Shown piece by piece: positions 61,568-64,000 of a DNA stretch of 64,000 nucleotides; positions within the stretch are counted from its first letter, which is position 1; every line of letters begins with the position of its first letter. The DNA lies in contig DATLHA010000109.1 in NCBI GenBank assembly GCA_035540095.1, positions 2,263-66,262 of the forward strand, in the 5' to 3' direction. The DNA is from Acidimicrobiales bacterium (GTDB lineage Bacteria > Actinomycetota > Acidimicrobiia > Acidimicrobiales > AC-14). A program made the position numbers and the translations under genes. Below the pieces are notes generated by a model. That model was not told the DNA's origin. It made no database searches and was given only the letters and a program-made list of their open reading frames with translations.

Positions 61568-62743
61568 GTGAACATCCTCGATCTCATGATCGTGATCCTG
61601 ATGATCACGTCGATGGGTGGGGGGTGGCGGCTCGGGCTGCTGACCGGGGCGACCTCCTGGGTCCTGCTCATGCAGTTCCTCGTCGTCGCCACCCTGCTGC
61701 TGCCGTCCGTGGCCATGACGCTCGGCGGCGAGGACCCGGCCCTGCGCCTCCTGGTCGCCGCGGCGGTGTTCATCGGTGCCGGCTTCGCCGGCCAGCGGGT
61801 CGGCATCATGCTGGGAGCCCACTTCCGGCGCGCCCTGCTGCCCGCAGACGGTCCCTCCCGCCGCCGCGACAAGGTGGCCGGCGCCGTCGTGGGCCCCCTG
61901 GCCGTCGTCACCGCCCTCTGGCTCCTCGTGCTCCCTCCGCTGGGGCAGATGACGGGCTCGGTGTCGGGCCTCACCCGGCACTCCGCGGTGGCCCGGGCCA
62001 TCGATGCCGCCCTGCCCGAGCCACCGGAGACGTCGCAGGCCCTCCGTCGCCTGGCCGGGCCGGCCGGCGCCCCGTACGTGTTCAACGGCCTCATCCCGGC
62101 CCTCGACACCGGCCCGCCGCCGGCGGAATCCGGCCTGAGCCCGCAGGTGGTCGCCCGCGTGTCGGCCAGTACGGTCAAGGTGGAGGGCGTCGCCTGCCGC
62201 TTCGAGCGCGACGGCAGCGGGTTCGCCGTCGCGCCCGACCTGATCGTCACCAACGCCCATGTCGTCGCCGGCCAGCAGCGGACCACGGTGGTGCGCCCCG
62301 ACGGCCGGCGCCTCCGGGCCCAGGTCACCGTGTTCGACCCCGCCCGCGACCTGGCCCTGCTGTTCGTGCCCGGTCTGGGCCAGGCCCCGCTCCCCCTGGC
62401 CAACGGCAAGGTCGGTACCACGGCGGCGGTCTTCGGCCACCCGGAGGGCCAGGAGGACCTGGAGGTGTCCCCGGCCGCCATCCGCCAGCAGGTCAACGCC
62501 CTGGGGCCCGACCTCTACGACCTCGGCGTCACCCGGCGATCGGTGTTCGTGCTCGCCGCCGAGCTGGCGCCGGGCGACTCGGGCGCGGCACTGGTCGACG
62601 CCGACGGCGCCGTGGTCGGCGTCGCCTTCGCCATCTCGCCGGACAACCCCGAGACGGCCTACGCCCTGTCCACCTCGGAGCTGCGGCAGGTCCTCGAGGC
62701 GGAACGCCTCTCGCCGGCGCCGACCGGCCCCTGTTTGCGGTGA
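61568..62743 (+). CDS. marP: MarP-like membrane serine protease (CvpA-type TM domain + trypsin-like domain)
   Basis: ORF track 391 aa. 4 TM N-terminus, then GSGFAVAPDLIVTNAHVVAG (His), ARDLALL (Asp), APGDSGAALVD (Ser). Confidence 0.8.
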   Translation: MNILDLMIVILMITSMGGGWRLGLLTGATSWVLLMQFLVVATLLLPSVAMTLGGEDPALRLLVAAAVFIGAGFAGQRVGIMLGAHFRRALLPADGPSRRRDKVAGAVVGPLAVVTALWLLVLPPLGQMTGSVSGLTRHSAVARAIDAALPEPPETSQALRRLAGPAGAPYVFNGLIPALDTGPPPAESGLSPQVVARVSASTVKVEGVACRFERDGSGFAVAPDLIVTNAHVVAGQQRTTVVRPDGRRLRAQVTVFDPARDLALLFVPGLGQAPLPLANGKVGTTAAVFGHPEGQEDLEVSPAAIRQQVNALGPDLYDLGVTRRSVFVLAAELAPGDSGAALVDADGAVVGVAFAISPDNPETAYALSTSELRQVLEAERLSPAPTGPCLR

Positions 62744-62751
62744 CCGCCGTT

Positions 62752-62757
62752 TAGCCT
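62752..62757 (+). promoter_or_regulatory. -10-like TAGCCT, N6 before the msrB ATG
   Basis: TAGCCT tgtcgc ATG. Confidence 0.4.
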
Positions 62758-62763
62758 TGTCGC

Positions 62764-63159
62764 ATGAGCGATGTGGTGAAGACCGACGAGGAGTGGCGCC
62801 AGCAGCTGACGCCCGAGCAGTACGAGGTGTTGCGCCGCAAGGGCACGGAGCGGCCGGGGACGGGCAAGTACGCCTACTCCAAGGACGACGGGATGTACCG
62901 CTGCGCTGGTTGCGGAGCGATGCTGTTCAGCTCCGATGCCAAGTTCGAGTCCGGCACCGGCTGGCCCAGCTTCACCGAGCCGGCGCTGGCCGAGGCCGTC
63001 GAGCTCCACGAGGACCGCACCCACGGCATGCGCCGCACCGAGGTCACCTGCCGGGCCTGCGGTGGCCACCTGGGTCACGTCTTCCCCGACGGGCCGGGCC
63101 CCAACGGCCTCCGCTACTGCATCAACAGCGCGTCCCTGGAGCTGGAGCCCGAGCAGTAA
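62764..63159 (+). CDS. msrB: peptide-methionine (R)-S-oxide reductase
   Basis: ORF track 131 aa: YRCAGCGAMLF...GWPSF...CRACGGHLGHVFPDGP...RYCINS. TAGCCT-N6-ATG upstream. Confidence 0.92.
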   Translation: MSDVVKTDEEWRQQLTPEQYEVLRRKGTERPGTGKYAYSKDDGMYRCAGCGAMLFSSDAKFESGTGWPSFTEPALAEAVELHEDRTHGMRRTEVTCRACGGHLGHVFPDGPGPNGLRYCINSASLELEPEQ

Positions 63160-63178
63160 TCGCCGCCGGCCGCAGGAA

Positions 63179-63195
63179 GCCGCCCAAAGGGCGGC
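63179..63195 (+). terminator. hairpin after msrB
   Basis: GCCGCCC aaa GGGCGGC, 20 nt after the stop. Confidence 0.4.
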
Positions 63196-63308
63196 CCCCA
63201 CGGCTGGCGGTCAGAAAGCCCGCCGGCGCGAGGGCGGCCGGCTCCGCCGGTCGCCTGAGCACGATGAACTCGCGGAAGGGAGCGAGCGGAACGAGCGAGT
63301 GACGGCGA

Positions 63309-64000
63309 CTACGCGCTTCCGTACCAACCGGCGACGTCGGCTACCAGGTGGGCGGCCCCCCCGCCGTTGAAGATGTTCACCTTGCCGCCGGCGCCGACCT
63401 TGGCCACGACCAGGTTGGGCACGGTCCGGCCAGCGGCGAAGTTGAGGTTGGATGCGAGCGGCAGGGCCTCGCCGTTCGGCCACACCGTGAGGTAGCCGCC
63501 GGCGACAGGGTCGACGGCGATCACGTTGAGGATGACGGCGCTGACGCCGGTGGCGGGCACACCCCCCCGGCCCGTGACCTGCAGGCTCAGCGAGCTCCCC
63601 GAGGCGAGGGGAGCGACCGGCGCCCCGTTCCCCGAACGGGTGTCCAGAGCCCGCGCCGGCGCCAGCGGGTGGAACCGGGCGCCGGTGGCTTCACCTTCGG
63701 GCCCGAACCAGCCGGCCACGTCGGCGACCACGTGGACGCCGCCCCCGCCGTTGAAGAAGCTGATCTTGCCGTCGGAGCCCACCTTGACGACCGCCAGGTT
63801 GGCGACGGTCTGGGCGGTGGCGAAGTTCAGGCTGGAGGCCAGCGGGGGCAGCCCTCCCGTCGGCCAGGTGGTCAGGAAGCCGCCGGCCGAGGGCTCGGTC
63901 ACGGTGACATTGACGGCGACCGCGGTGACACCCGTCGCCGGCACCCCTGCACGGCCGGTCACCTGGAGGTCCAGCGCCCCCTGGGGCGCCAGCTTCGACG
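63309..64000 (-). CDS. C-terminal part of a tandem-domain (about 128-aa repeat) secreted/cell-surface-type protein; 5' end beyond window
   Basis: ORF 63309..63962(-); the frame stays open to 64000 (own translation ...APQGALDLQVTGRAG). Two near-identical units LQVTGRxGVPATGVxAV.LNV....P..GG.LT.WP.G..P.LAS.LNF....TV.NL.V.KVG..GK...FNGGG..H.VADVAGW. Confidence 0.7.
   Translation of the reverse strand, partial: SKLAPQGALDLQVTGRAGVPATGVTAVAVNVTVTEPSAGGFLTTWPTGGLPPLASSLNFATAQTVANLAVVKVGSDGKISFFNGGGGVHVVADVAGWFGPEGEATGARFHPLAPARALDTRSGNGAPVAPLASGSSLSLQVTGRGGVPATGVSAVILNVIAVDPVAGGYLTVWPNGEALPLASNLNFAAGRTVPNLVVAKVGAGGKVNIFNGGGAAHLVADVAGWYGSA

Noticed and set aside
1-64000. Searched by eye for tRNA T-arm-like GGTTCGAATCC motifs, rRNA, tmRNA and RNase P conserved blocks, CRISPR-like regularly spaced repeats, and transposase, integrase or recombinase genes.
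   Set aside because: None were seen. All gaps longer than 100 nt were read individually. tRNAscan, Infernal and CRISPR-finder runs would be needed for certainty.

Overview
High-GC (roughly 70-75% by eye, not computed) actinobacterial-type chromosomal segment. Gene content points that way: RegX3/SenX3-like pair, MarP, TrmI, Holin-X-like trio, DUF3052. It is densely packed with about 60 protein genes. I found no rRNA, tRNA, CRISPR array, transposase or integrase. Many long ORFs in the supplied track are antisense or off-frame shadows of real genes, which is typical of high-GC DNA. I trimmed real genes to starts supported by start/stop overlaps, SD sequences or a promoter-to-start geometry.

Content from left to right:
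- Pentose-phosphate genes (zwf partial, tal, short tkt), interrupted by a FIST sensor pair and a His-rich membrane protein.
- An ArsR / acyl-AMP ligase / ACP unit with a divergent KS.
- A NitT/TauT-type ABC importer operon ending in a frameshifted methyltransferase and an ACAD-fold flavoprotein.
- A CueR-like MerR switch.
- A phosphate/polyphosphate concentration at about 17.7-37 kb: ppx, ppk1-CYTH/CHAD-Nudix-SixA, pstSCAB-surE-regX3 with a textbook tandem PHO box, and senX3-phoU.
- Two large LuxR-type regulators, one frameshifted.
- A fused 1238-aa ABC exporter, an acyl-CoA ligase, PBP4 and a MacB-type ABC pair.
- An accessory-looking block: SRPBCC, membrane protein, P450, PAP2, two paralogous signal-less GSDH-like beta-propellers, DedA.
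- Three tiny membrane genes, trmI, marP, msrB and a partial tandem-domain protein.

Most interesting to me:
- The wiring of the phosphate/polyP genes: the response regulator and surE are fused onto the pst operon, MutT1 appears split, and CHAD is coupled to ppk1.
- The orphan ligase-ACP-KS module.
- The MerR switch, which drives thiol-rich proteins rather than an efflux pump.
- The tail-to-tail overlapping propeller paralogs.
- A recurrent TANNNT-N6-8-start (leaderless) geometry.
- Three single-base reading-frame breaks, which are either pseudogenes or assembly indels.

Nothing here can be called a proven novel system from sequence alone. All family calls come from motif recognition by eye, and start coordinates are best estimates.
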